In this document: in pieces, positions 1-9,915 of the stretch
How the letters are laid out: each line of letters begins with the position of its first letter
Numbering within the stretch: the first letter of the stretch is position 1
Assembly (NCBI GenBank): GCA_030666865.1
Contig: DAOUWZ010000003.1
Coordinates: forward strand, 19,873-83,872
DNA: 64,000 bases
Direction: 5' to 3'
Origin: a bacterium
GTDB taxonomy: Bacteria > Patescibacteriota > Patescibacteriia > S139-126
The notes under the pieces: generated by a model
Databases searched by the model: none
What the model was told of the DNA's origin: nothing
What the model saw: the letters and a program-made list of their open reading frames with translations, nothing else
Program-made: the position numbers and the translations under genes

Positions 1-702
1 CCAGATATTATTATAGCTAATGCTGATAATGTCACTCATGGTAAAAGTATTAATAAAAAACATTTTGAATTTTTTAAAGATTTAGGAGTTGATATTTTTA
101 CTGCTGGTGACCATACTTTGGAAAGAAAAGAAACTTTGGAATTATTGGAAGATAAAAGTTTTTCAATATTGCGACCAGCTAATTTTTCTGGTAAAGAACC
201 AGGCGAAGGAGTAAGAGTATTTGAGATTAGCCAAAAAAAGTTGCTCGTGGTAAGTTTATTAGGAAGGGTATTTATTGATAAAGAGCTTAATTCGCCTTTT
301 GAAATAGTGGATAAAATATTAAATAAATATTCTTTGGAAGATTTTGATGCGATTTTTATTGATTTTCATGCTGAAGCTACTAGTGAAAAGTCAGCTCTAG
401 CTTGGTATGTTGACGGTCGGGTTTCAGCTATAGTAGGAACCCACACCCATGTACAGACAGCTGATGAAAGGATATTGCCAAAAGGTACAGCCGCTATTAC
501 TGATGTTGGATTTTGTGGAGCTAGTGACTCTGTTATCGGCTTGGATAAAGAAATGATTATTGAACATTTTTTAACAGATAAAGGATTTAAAATGAACATT
601 CCTGAATCAGGACCTGTCCAAGTTAATGCAGTTTTGATTGAAATTAATAATAAAAAAGCTAAAAAGATTATTAGACTAGCAAAACATATTAATATATTAT
701 AA
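1..702 (+). CDS. ymdB: YmdB-family (TIGR00282) metallophosphoesterase, 5' end outside the window
   Basis: Frame open from base 1 (PDIIIANADNVTHG...TAGDH); motifs LRPANF, DFHAEATSEK, GTHTHVQTADERIL, TDVG. Confidence 0.9.
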   Translation, partial: PDIIIANADNVTHGKSINKKHFEFFKDLGVDIFTAGDHTLERKETLELLEDKSFSILRPANFSGKEPGEGVRVFEISQKKLLVVSLLGRVFIDKELNSPFEIVDKILNKYSLEDFDAIFIDFHAEATSEKSALAWYVDGRVSAIVGTHTHVQTADERILPKGTAAITDVGFCGASDSVIGLDKEMIIEHFLTDKGFKMNIPESGPVQVNAVLIEINNKKAKKIIRLAKHINIL

Positions 703-728
703 TTTAATATTAGAATGGAGGTGAAAAT

Positions 729-1013
729 ATGAATAAAATTGAGTTAATTGAAAAATTGGCTAATAAAGCTGAAATTTCAAAAAAAGAGTCAGAACATTTT
801 TTGAATTCTTTTGTGGAACTTGTTACTGATACTTTAAAAGCAGGAGGTGAAGTAACCGTAACTGGTTTTGGAACTTTTATGGCTAAGTATCGCAGTGCCA
901 GACGAGGAGTTAATCCCCAAAAACCCTCGGAAACTATACAGATTCCAGCTGTTACTGTTCCAAAATTTAAAGCTGGTAAATCATTGAAAGACGCGTTGAA
1001 AGCAAAAGAATGA
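729..1013 (+). CDS. hup: HU family DNA-binding protein
   Basis: MNKIELI...GFGTF...RRGVNPQ...VPKFKAGKSLKD; SD GGAGGTG. Confidence 0.95.
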   Translation: MNKIELIEKLANKAEISKKESEHFLNSFVELVTDTLKAGGEVTVTGFGTFMAKYRSARRGVNPQKPSETIQIPAVTVPKFKAGKSLKDALKAKE

Positions 1014-1047
1014 TTTCGTTTATAATTCATAAAGTTTATTCAGATGG

Positions 1048-1075
1048 GAAACGCAGCTGAAGGTTGTGTTTTTTT
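1048..1075 (+). terminator. Intrinsic terminator after hup
   Basis: AAACGCAGC-TGAAG-GTTGTGTTT hairpin followed by T tract. Confidence 0.7.
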
Positions 1076-1132
1076 GCTTCTAAATATATAATATTATGGA
1101 AAATAATATTTTTATAATTAATTTATATAAGT

Positions 1133-1708
1133 ATGATTTCTTTTGAAAACACAATGAATATACCAAAGAGTAGTGATGATTCTCAGAAACAAGAAGAATT
1201 ATTAGAATGTGCCAAAGAAGCTACTAGTCTAGGCAGGTCCTTTATGGTAATTGATAATGATAGAAAATATAGAAAATTGGATAAGATATATAACTTAGAA
1301 CAGGAAAGAGAATTAATCACGGAGTTAATGCCTGATAAATTTGATAATGATAGTCCAGTTAATATTGAAGAAGTAAATAACGCCGAAGATAAAGCTTTGG
1401 GTTTAGCTATTGTTACCGCTAGTCAATTATTAAAACAAAAAGAAAAATCTATTAGTATTAATGAAAATTCTAGCTCACTAGTACAATTAATTAGACAGTT
1501 GGGAAAATCTTCTCAACTGTTAGAAAAGTTGAATAACACAAGGCCAGATGATGTAGAATTAATAATTAAGAAAATTTTATTAGCTAGAGGAATAAAAGAG
1601 GAAGCTGTAACTGAAAGACATATTGAAGAATTAAAAGATACAGTATTGCAAGCTAGAAAATTATTAATCCGTAAGGATAAAGCATTAAAAGGTTATCTCA
1701 GAAGATAG
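1133..1708 (+). CDS. Hypothetical protein
   Basis: 191-aa ORF, charged and helical, no recognisable motif. Confidence 0.6.
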   Translation: MISFENTMNIPKSSDDSQKQEELLECAKEATSLGRSFMVIDNDRKYRKLDKIYNLEQERELITELMPDKFDNDSPVNIEEVNNAEDKALGLAIVTASQLLKQKEKSISINENSSSLVQLIRQLGKSSQLLEKLNNTRPDDVELIIKKILLARGIKEEAVTERHIEELKDTVLQARKLLIRKDKALKGYLRR

Positions 1709-1745
1709 TTTGATAATTTGAATATTAGTTATTAGTATTTATTAC

Positions 1746-1797
1746 GCACCTGTAGCTCAACTGGATACCTGCCTGCCGGCAGGCAGGGAGCGCCTGG
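1746..1797 (+). pseudogene. 5' fragment of tRNA-Arg interrupted by a 20-bp palindrome
   Basis: GCACCTGTAGCTCAACTGGATA[CCTGCCTGCCGGCAGGCAGG]GAGCGCCTGG matches the first 32 nt of the tRNA at 1853 apart from the insert. Confidence 0.85.
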
Positions 1798-1852
1798 ATG
1801 GCGCTATACTTATATAGAATAATGACAGATAATAATTAAAATTAAATATTTT

Positions 1853-1929
1853 GCACCTGTAGCTCAACTGGATAGAGCGCCTGGCTTCGGACCAGGAGGT
1901 TGTGGGTTCGAGTCCTACCGGGTGCGCCA
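1853..1929 (+). tRNA. tRNA-Arg(UCG)
   Basis: Cloverleaf; anticodon arm CCTGG-CTTCGGA-CCAGG; GGTTCGAGTCC; encoded CCA. Confidence 0.95.
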
Positions 1930-2063
1930 CCTAAGTTAGTATTAAGTATAAGGTATTTAGTATTAAGTATGTGAATATCGATAGGCTCAAAATCAGTTAC
2001 TAGTTATTTGTTATTAGTTATACCTGTCTGCCGATAGGCAGGAGCCATTAGTGGATTTATTCC

Positions 2064-2139
2064 GCCTCGTTAGCTCAGTTGGTAGAGCAGTTGGCTCTTA
2101 ACCAAACGGTCGTAGGTTCGAATCCTACACGAGGCACCA
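2064..2139 (+). tRNA. tRNA-Lys(CUU)
   Basis: GCCTCGT acceptor stem, anticodon loop CTCTTAA, GGTTCGAATCC, CCA end. Confidence 0.95.
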
Positions 2140-2328
2140 TTTAAAAAAGCTTTCCAAAAAAGGAATGCTTTTTTAAATGAGAGTATAATGTTTAAAGGAT
2201 TTGAACCTGCCTCGACTTGCCGTCTTAGCAAGAAGTGAGGCGGAAATTTTACACGAAGCATCATTCAATCAATCGCCTTTCAAACGATTTTTTGTTATAT
2301 TTAAAATATGATAATTAAGTAAATAAAT

Positions 2329-3582
2329 ATGAATAAAAAGTATTTAATACCAAGTATAGTTGTAGTAGTAACTATGCTTATAGGATTTTTTTATTACCTG
2401 TACAGCACATATCCAAATACTCCAGAAATTGTACTACAAGAAGAAGGTTATAAAGTTACTGCAATTATAAAATTCACTAAAGATGAAATACCGATTGAAA
2501 TATATAGAAACACTATACTAATCACCACTATTAAAAGTGCTGGCAGTCATTCTCTTGAATATATGTCACCTGGCAACCATGCTTATGAATTTCGATATGC
2601 TGCCAAGAATTTATTTGGTATAGAAAAAAATATAAATCAAATAAAGAAACTCACTATTAAAGAATTAACTAATAGTGAACTTCAGCAATACTTTGATTTT
2701 CCTGTTGTAAATATGACTACAGCAGATTATGGTATATATATAACTTATCCAGAATTAAAGCAATTTTCGAATTTTGTAATTTTTAGAAATAATCAAAGTG
2801 TTAAATCGTTTTCATTAGCAAATATAAAGGATGAATTAATTGAGTATATATCACCAGGTAAGTATGTTTATGAAATTCTATTTTATAGTGATGAGTTTAA
2901 AAATTTAGCAGGTTTATTGCGACAAGATTATGAGATTGAAGTAGAATCTATACCACCGATTATAGTTTCTATAAAACCCACACCTTTATATAAAGGTTAT
3001 TCATCAGAGATAACTGCCATAGTTGAAAATGCTTCGTCTTGCAGCGCAGAACTACTTTTGCATCCACCTAGTGGTTTTGAGAGATCTGAACCGACTGTAT
3101 TGAAAAGTTATGAATTTATCGTAGGTAATAAGCTTGATTATTTTTATCGTCATAATGAATCATGGTTGTGGGAAGAAATACTTTTTCCTAAGCCAACAGA
3201 CATAAATACTGCTAATTATAATATCGATCTTAAGCTTACTTGTTTTGATTATTATGATTCAATTAATACTGAAAAAATTGGCAGATTTTTAACCTCGGAA
3301 GATATTTCTCCGACTTCCATCTCTATATCGTATCATAATGGCCAATCAGGTAAGGTATACGGGGAAGTAACAAGTCAAACATGGACAGATTTAAATTGTA
3401 AGTTGTTAATAGGTGATCAGGAGAATTATACTTTAGATGAGAAAAGTTTTTTACTTCAAGGTCGTCATACTTATGAATTTAATATCGATAGTTATAATAG
3501 AAATTTGTTATATATAACTGCAATTTGTAAGGATAGTGGTGGTCATGGAGTTACAAAAATTAGTACATATCAGGCAGAATGA
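2329..3582 (+). CDS. Membrane-anchored extracellular hypothetical protein (beta-rich)
   Basis: N-terminal TM segment; internal repeat EY(M/I)SPG(N/K)(H/Y)xYE; lies just downstream of tRNA-Lys. Confidence 0.7.
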   Translation: MNKKYLIPSIVVVVTMLIGFFYYLYSTYPNTPEIVLQEEGYKVTAIIKFTKDEIPIEIYRNTILITTIKSAGSHSLEYMSPGNHAYEFRYAAKNLFGIEKNINQIKKLTIKELTNSELQQYFDFPVVNMTTADYGIYITYPELKQFSNFVIFRNNQSVKSFSLANIKDELIEYISPGKYVYEILFYSDEFKNLAGLLRQDYEIEVESIPPIIVSIKPTPLYKGYSSEITAIVENASSCSAELLLHPPSGFERSEPTVLKSYEFIVGNKLDYFYRHNESWLWEEILFPKPTDINTANYNIDLKLTCFDYYDSINTEKIGRFLTSEDISPTSISISYHNGQSGKVYGEVTSQTWTDLNCKLLIGDQENYTLDEKSFLLQGRHTYEFNIDSYNRNLLYITAICKDSGGHGVTKISTYQAE

Positions 3583-3617
3583 AAAAAGACCCTTTATATT
3601 TTTTCGAAATTAAAGGG

Positions 3618-4130
3618 TCAAAACCTTCTATTAATAGATTTGGGCAGGATATCTACTGTATCAAGAATGTATTTGATAATTTTTTTCTGGTCATTTAGAT
3701 GGAACTGGCCAATGCATTTTTTTCCTGCTAAGAATTTAGGCAGAGTATATTCATCATTTGCCCACATTTGTTGATAGGGAATAGCATCTATACCGTGCCA
3801 CTTTGGGAGCATCTCCAGGGTTTCTTTTTTTAATACTCCTGCGGAGTCTGTTACCAAAAAGAAATGTAGTTCAATTTCGACAGGTTTGGATTCATAAGTA
3901 ACCAAAATCATTCCACATTTTTCTTGAGTAAGTATTTCAAGACCGCTTTCTTCTTCTGTTTCTCTGACAGATGTTTGTTCTAGAATTTCACCTAGTTCTA
4001 TATTTCCGCCAAAGCCATTCCAATAATTTTCACCTACCCAAATATTTTTATTTGGTTTGGGTTTTTTAAGGCCGAGTAGTATTTTATCATTACGAACAAT
4101 ATAGCTGACAGTCATGACTTTTCTGGTCAT
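3618..4130 (-). CDS. NUDIX hydrolase, 8-oxo-dGTPase (MTH1/MutT-like)
   Basis: WNGFGGNIELGE...RETEEESGL Nudix box; EMLPKW, IPYQQMWAND as in MTH1. Confidence 0.85.
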   Translation of the reverse strand: MTRKVMTVSYIVRNDKILLGLKKPKPNKNIWVGENYWNGFGGNIELGEILEQTSVRETEEESGLEILTQEKCGMILVTYESKPVEIELHFFLVTDSAGVLKKETLEMLPKWHGIDAIPYQQMWANDEYTLPKFLAGKKCIGQFHLNDQKKIIKYILDTVDILPKSINRRF

Positions 4131-4212
4131 TGGTCACACCTCCTTTAAGCAATTTTAAATAACGAGTTGATTATATATTATACAATTATTATTTTATGTC
4201 AATCAGAGAATC

Positions 4213-4252
4213 AAAAAAATCTTCCCGATATTACATCGGGAAGATTTTTTGT
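4213..4252. terminator. Hairpin/terminator downstream of pilT
   Basis: AAAAAATCTTCCCGAT-ATTAC-ATCGGGAAGATTTTTT. Confidence 0.75.
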
Positions 4253-4261
4253 TATCTAAAT

Positions 4262-5326
4262 TTATTTTAATCCATCAGGATTCAGCATGTATTGTTTTGC
4301 TAATTCTTTATCAATCAAACCTTCATTGAAAAGTCTTTTTAAGTCGCTATCCATAGTCACCATACCTTCCTTACCAGAAGTTTGAATAATGGTTTTTATT
4401 TGCGGGATTTTGTTTTCACGAATTAAATTTGAAATAGCTGGATTGTTGAGTAGTACTTCTCTGGCTACTGTCAAATCCCCATCTTTTTTTGGTAATAACC
4501 TTTGAGAGATGATACCTTTTAGAGTTATAGAAAGTTGCATCCTGATTTGTGGTTGCTGATATGGCGGGAATACATCAATAATACGATCAATAGTTTGCGC
4601 TGCATTAAGCGTATGTAGTGTAGCAAAAACCAAGTGACCAGTTTCAGCCATAGTTATGGCAGCGCTAATAGTTTCTAAATCACGCATTTCACCAATGAGA
4701 ATTACATCAGGGTCTTGCCTTAAGACATGTTTCAATCCAGAACCAAAAGTGAGCATGTCTGCGCCTAATTGTCTTTGTTTGATGATTGATTTTTTTGGTT
4801 TATAGATGAATTCAATTGGATCTTCCAAAGTGACTATATTTACATTACGTTCTGAATTGATCAAATCTATCATTGCTGCCAGAGAAGTTGATTTACCGCA
4901 ACCAGTCGGACCAGTTACTAGAACAAAGCCTTGCTTGTATCTAGTCATATTATAAATAATTTCGGGCATATCAACATCTTTCATAGAAGGAACTTTGCTA
5001 GGAATTATTCTAGCTACCAAACCTATGTTATTTTTTTCATAAAATAGATTGACTCTCATTCTAGTACCATCGTCTAATTCATGTGAAATATCTAATTCTT
5101 TTTCTTTTAAGAAAGTTTCAAAATATTTCGGATTGATTCCATCTAGAACTATTTTTCTGATTGAATCAGAGGATAATACAGGATGGTCGCTTAGTTCTTT
5201 AAGATTGGTATTGATTCTCAAGATAGGCGGTTTGCCAGTATATAAATGAATATCTGAAGCTTTTTTATCAACAGCAATCTGAAATAAATTTTCCAAAGTT
5301 ATATTTTTTGTGGTTAAAGTTGGCAT
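4262..5326 (-). CDS. pilT: Type IV pilus retraction ATPase PilT
   Basis: ASDIHL, GPTGCGKST, TLEDPIE, LRQDPDVILIGEMRD, AETGHLVFATLHT. Confidence 0.93.
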   Translation of the reverse strand: MPTLTTKNITLENLFQIAVDKKASDIHLYTGKPPILRINTNLKELSDHPVLSSDSIRKIVLDGINPKYFETFLKEKELDISHELDDGTRMRVNLFYEKNNIGLVARIIPSKVPSMKDVDMPEIIYNMTRYKQGFVLVTGPTGCGKSTSLAAMIDLINSERNVNIVTLEDPIEFIYKPKKSIIKQRQLGADMLTFGSGLKHVLRQDPDVILIGEMRDLETISAAITMAETGHLVFATLHTLNAAQTIDRIIDVFPPYQQPQIRMQLSITLKGIISQRLLPKKDGDLTVAREVLLNNPAISNLIRENKIPQIKTIIQTSGKEGMVTMDSDLKRLFNEGLIDKELAKQYMLNPDGLK

Positions 5327-5390
5327 AGATTTGTAAATATTAATTCAATTTTATTTTATCATATATTGAGATGGTTACAAAATTTATTTA

Positions 5391-7403
5391 TTACACTTCG
5401 GGAAGATATTCAATAGTATCTTCTGAAACAGAATCATTTTCTAGCTGCCATTCAGAGTAGAGATTACCATCTAATTCCTGTAGAAATTCTGACGGTTTAC
5501 TGAAAATAAATCCATAAGTTTGACTATAATTGATTAGAGGATAAGTTAAATACAAAAATTTTTTGGCTCTAGTGCAGGCAACATAAAATAGTCTCCGCTC
5601 TTCTTCAATTTCTTTTTCAAATTCTATAGATTTAGCATGAGGAAATTGTCCGCTAGTTAGATTGATCACAAAGACAGTTTTCCATTCTAAACCTTTGGCT
5701 TGATGGATTGTTGATAGAATTAGATAATCTTCAGGATTTGCAGCTGTCGGGGTTACTCTTTCTGCTTGAAAATCTTCTGTTAGGGTTGTATCTGATAAGA
5801 ATTTTTTTAAAGAATCGTAGTTGTGAGTAAAATTTATTAGTTGTTCAATATCTTCAAGACGTTTTGGTGAATTTTCAAAATTTAGATTGACAAAATTAAT
5901 ATAGAATTGTTTTAAGACTATATCCAGTAAAGCACCAATATTATTTTTATCGGTCTCCTCCAGAGGTATTAAAATTTTTAGAAGTTCTTGCCAGGATTTT
6001 TTCAAGCTCGCGGGGAATTGATTTTTGATGGTGATAATTTTATTCAACTCAAGATTTTTGATAGCAGAGATTATTTTTTGTGAACCAATACGACCGATTC
6101 CTTTTTGTAAATTGAGAATTCTGGTCCAAGCAATTTCATCTTTCGGATTATAAATAATTTTTAAGAATGAAATTACATCTTTGAGATGAGCTTGTTCAAA
6201 AAATTTAATTCCTCCGCGCTTAATATAAGGAATAGATTTTTTATTCAATTCAAGTTCAAGTTCTAAAGCATGAAAGTCTGCTCGAAAAAGTACGGCGATA
6301 TCTTTCAAGTCGTATCTTTCTTTAGTTAATTCAATTATTTTTTGACTAATAAATTCAGCTTGCTGTTCGTTATTTTGAGTTGGTATTAAAATAGGTTTTT
6401 CACCCGAATCAATGACAGATGATAGTTTTTTGGGGAATTGATTTATATTATTTTTAATTGAATTATTAGCCAATTCCAAGATTTCCGGGGTGGAGCGGTA
6501 ATTTGTTTTCAGTTTAAATATTTGGGTATCAGTGAATTTTTTTGGGAATGTTAAAATATTTGAAATATCAGCAGCTCTGAATGAATAAATGCTTTGAGCA
6601 TCATCACCAACAACTAAAATATTTTTATGCGTGGTGGCTAGATATTCAACAATATTGGCTTGAATATGATTAGTGTCTTGGTATTCATCTACTAAAATGT
6701 ATTGGAATTTATTGGATAGATATTTTTTGACATCAGGAAACTTTTTCAAAAGTTTTAGCCACAAAAACAGCAGGTCGTCATAATCAAGCAGATCAGCTTC
6801 TTTTTTTCTGTTTTTATATATGTTGTTGATATTTTTAATAGGTTCAATTAATTCGGTATCAAGATAAGAGAATTTTTCAGTGAAAACCGTTTCAATATTT
6901 TTTCCTGAGTTAATAGAAAAGCTGATAATATTTTTTATAACATTTGCTTTGGGAAAATTTTTATATCCCTTTTTATTCCTAATTATTTCTTTTAAAAGAT
7001 TTTTAGCGTCTTCATTGTCTATAATTGAGTAGTTAGAATTATAACTTAAGTGTTTAATATATTGTCTGAGGATCCGATTGCCAATATGATGAAAAGTGCC
7101 TGCCCAAAGTCCTTTGGGTTTAAAACCTAATAATTTTTCTGTACGCCAAATCATCTCGCGGGCTGCCTTGTTGGTAAAAGTCATCAAAAGAATATTTTTT
7201 GGTTTAACACCTTGTTCAAGCAAATAAGCCAAGCGATAAACCAGTGTTCTGGTTTTTCCGCTACCAGCACCAGCTAGCACCAAACAAGGACCCTCGGCAT
7301 TTTTTATGACCTTGTACTGTTCATCGTTTAGTTCGCCAGCATAATCAATTTTGAAATTAATTTTTGGTTTATCGGATTTTAATTTGTATATTTTTTTTGA
7401 CAT
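5391..7403 (-). CDS. pcrA: UvrD/PcrA SF1 DNA helicase
   Basis: AGAGSGKT, TFTNKAA, DEYQDTN, VGDDAQSIYSFR, NYRSTPEI, TIHQAKGLEW, EERRLFYVACTRAK. Confidence 0.92.
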   Translation of the reverse strand: MSKKIYKLKSDKPKINFKIDYAGELNDEQYKVIKNAEGPCLVLAGAGSGKTRTLVYRLAYLLEQGVKPKNILLMTFTNKAAREMIWRTEKLLGFKPKGLWAGTFHHIGNRILRQYIKHLSYNSNYSIIDNEDAKNLLKEIIRNKKGYKNFPKANVIKNIISFSINSGKNIETVFTEKFSYLDTELIEPIKNINNIYKNRKKEADLLDYDDLLFLWLKLLKKFPDVKKYLSNKFQYILVDEYQDTNHIQANIVEYLATTHKNILVVGDDAQSIYSFRAADISNILTFPKKFTDTQIFKLKTNYRSTPEILELANNSIKNNINQFPKKLSSVIDSGEKPILIPTQNNEQQAEFISQKIIELTKERYDLKDIAVLFRADFHALELELELNKKSIPYIKRGGIKFFEQAHLKDVISFLKIIYNPKDEIAWTRILNLQKGIGRIGSQKIISAIKNLELNKIITIKNQFPASLKKSWQELLKILIPLEETDKNNIGALLDIVLKQFYINFVNLNFENSPKRLEDIEQLINFTHNYDSLKKFLSDTTLTEDFQAERVTPTAANPEDYLILSTIHQAKGLEWKTVFVINLTSGQFPHAKSIEFEKEIEEERRLFYVACTRAKKFLYLTYPLINYSQTYGFIFSKPSEFLQELDGNLYSEWQLENDSVSEDTIEYLPEV

Positions 7404-7410
7404 AGATGTT

Positions 7411-7448
7411 ATCAAGTATAAAGTATCAAGTATAAAGTATCAAGTATA
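7411..7448. repeat. Heptamer-period tandem repeat (AAGTATC/AAGTATA)
   Basis: ATCAAGTATAAAGTATCAAGTATAAAGTATCAAGTATA. Confidence 0.85.
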
Positions 7449-7536
7449 CAGGTGTCGTATTTTAACTGATTTTGTCAATGACAAAATTAGTTGATTTTGT
7501 TATTATATAATTACTTAATTTTTAATTATAATATAA

Positions 7537-8865
7537 ATGTTAGATGAAAAGATTTTTAAAGCCTATGATATCAGAGGAGTTTATCCTGAGCAATTAAATG
7601 AAGAAACGGCTTATTTGATTGGTAGGGCGTTTGCTAGGAAAAGTAAAGTTAAAGAGATTGTAATTGGTCGAGATATGCGTAATGCCAGTCCAGTAATTAC
7701 TACTGCTACTATCAAAGGTATTACTGATGAAGGAATCAATGTTGTTGATATTGGCTTGGTAGCAATTGATACAGTTTATGCTGCAGTAGGTATTTTTGGC
7801 TATGAAGCCGGAATGATGATTACTGCTTCTCATAATCCACCAGAATATATTGGTTATAAAATGGTATTGAAGAATATGAAATGGGTTCGTGGAGTTGAGT
7901 TGAAAGATGATGTTTTAAATTTGCCTGAATTAGAAAAAAAAATTAAAGGTGTGGTTAAAGAAAAAGACTTGATGCCTAAATATATTAAACATATTTTATC
8001 TTTTGTTGACTTAAAGAAAATTAAACCTTTTAAAGTAGTGGTAGACGCTGGGAATGGCATGGCTGGGAAAATTATTCCTTTACTGGCTCCACATTTGCCA
8101 ATTGAAATTATTCCTTTGAATTTTGAACTTGATGGTAATTTTCCCGCTCACCCCTCTAATCCGCTTTTACCAGAGAGTCAAAAACAAATCACTGAAGCGG
8201 TAGTCAAGGAACAGGCTGATTTTGGTGTGATATTTGACGGTGATACAGATCGTTTATTTTTTGTTGATGAATTAGGTCGATTTGTCAGGGCAGATATCAC
8301 TCTATTATTGTTAGCTAAAATGTTTTTAGAGCGCGAGCCAGGCGCTAGCATTGTTTATAATGCGATATGTTCAAAAATAGTGCCAGAAATGGTAAAAAAA
8401 TGGGGAGGTGTTCCAGTCAGATCAGAGGTTGGTTTTGTGAATATTTCCAATAATTTACGAAAAACTAATGGGATTGTCGGAGGTGAACTGGCGGCTCATT
8501 ATTCATTTAGAGATAATGCTTATTCTGATTCAGGATTTATTGCTTTATTGATTTTATTGGAATTGTTATCAACTGATGATAGAAAATTATCTGAAATTAT
8601 TGAGCCGTTTTATAAATATGCTAAACATCCAGAGAATAATATTGAGGTGGATGACATTGATAGTAAATTAGAAAAAATAAAGCAGTTTTTTTCTGATGGC
8701 AAGCAAGATTATTTAGATGGTGTTACAGTTGAATATCAGGATTGGTGGTTTAATGTCAGACCATCAAATACCGAGCCATTATTACGTATAACTGTGGAAG
8801 CCGACAATGAAGAGCTATTGAAAGAAAAGATGGAAGAGGTCTTGCAGGTTATACAAGGGAAATAA
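7537..8865 (+). CDS. manB: Phosphomannomutase/phosphoglucomutase
   Basis: FKAYDIRG, TASHNP, DGDTDR, RPSNTEP. Confidence 0.92.
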   Translation: MLDEKIFKAYDIRGVYPEQLNEETAYLIGRAFARKSKVKEIVIGRDMRNASPVITTATIKGITDEGINVVDIGLVAIDTVYAAVGIFGYEAGMMITASHNPPEYIGYKMVLKNMKWVRGVELKDDVLNLPELEKKIKGVVKEKDLMPKYIKHILSFVDLKKIKPFKVVVDAGNGMAGKIIPLLAPHLPIEIIPLNFELDGNFPAHPSNPLLPESQKQITEAVVKEQADFGVIFDGDTDRLFFVDELGRFVRADITLLLLAKMFLEREPGASIVYNAICSKIVPEMVKKWGGVPVRSEVGFVNISNNLRKTNGIVGGELAAHYSFRDNAYSDSGFIALLILLELLSTDDRKLSEIIEPFYKYAKHPENNIEVDDIDSKLEKIKQFFSDGKQDYLDGVTVEYQDWWFNVRPSNTEPLLRITVEADNEELLKEKMEEVLQVIQGK

Positions 8866-8922
8866 CCAATATTTAATTTTAATTAATTTAATTTTTTATT
8901 CTAAATTCTAGACTCTAATAAT

Positions 8923-9795
8923 ATGATTGGAATTTTTGATTCAGGTATAGGAGGTTTAACAGTCGCCAAAGCTATAAAAAAAGTTTTGCCTAGTTATGAT
9001 TTAGTTTATTTTGGCGATACCGCCAGAGTTCCTTATGGAAATAAATCTGATGATTTGATAAAACAGTATGCTTTGGAAGATGCTAAATTTTTAATTAGCA
9101 AAGGCGCTAAGATAATTATTGTGGCTTGCAATACTGCTTCGTCTGTAGCGCTTGATTATTTAAGGTCAAATTTTGACATTCCCATTTTTGGAGTGATTGA
9201 GCCAGCGGTCAGAGGAGCATTAGAAGCGACTGTTAATGGCAATATTGGCGTGATTGGCACAAGAGCTACTATTAATTCGAAAGTTTTTGAAAAGTTATTG
9301 AAAAATTTTGATTTGTTGAAACAAAATAAAAAAATAGATAAGAATGTTAATGTTCCGGCGTTTATGAGAAAACAAGGGATAAGCCCGGTAAAAGATAAAA
9401 TGAAAATAAATATTTTTAGTCAGTCAGCTCCTTTGTTGGTTCCGTTGACTGAAGAGGGTCATCTCAATCGTCCAGAAACCATTAAAATAATCAAATATTA
9501 TATTTCCCCACTAAAAATGAAGCAGATTGATACGTTGATATTGGGCTGTACTCATTATCCTTTATTGAAAGATTTGATTCAAACAAAAATGAAAAATACG
9601 ACTTTGATTGATTCGGCTGTATATATTGCAGAGGATTTGAGAAAATATTTATCAGCCAATATTGATATTGATAGAAGTTTATCAAAAAGAAAATGTGAGA
9701 ATTATTATGTTTCTGATCTTACACTTCACACACAGAACATCGTTCAAAAGTTTTTAGGCAAGAAGATTAATTTGGAGTACGTCAAATTAAATTAA
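8923..9795 (+). CDS. murI: Glutamate racemase
   Basis: DSGIGG, PYG, ACNTAS, LGCTHYP. Confidence 0.95.
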   Translation: MIGIFDSGIGGLTVAKAIKKVLPSYDLVYFGDTARVPYGNKSDDLIKQYALEDAKFLISKGAKIIIVACNTASSVALDYLRSNFDIPIFGVIEPAVRGALEATVNGNIGVIGTRATINSKVFEKLLKNFDLLKQNKKIDKNVNVPAFMRKQGISPVKDKMKINIFSQSAPLLVPLTEEGHLNRPETIKIIKYYISPLKMKQIDTLILGCTHYPLLKDLIQTKMKNTTLIDSAVYIAEDLRKYLSANIDIDRSLSKRKCENYYVSDLTLHTQNIVQKFLGKKINLEYVKLN

Positions 9796-9915
9796 ATTTT
9801 TAAATATTTATTTTTTGTTCAAATTTAGTGCTCAAGCGCTTTTTATTTTGCTTATTTTTGTGTTATAGTAGTATGGTGAATAATTATAGGATAGGTCTAA
9901 AATCCCCAAATACTT

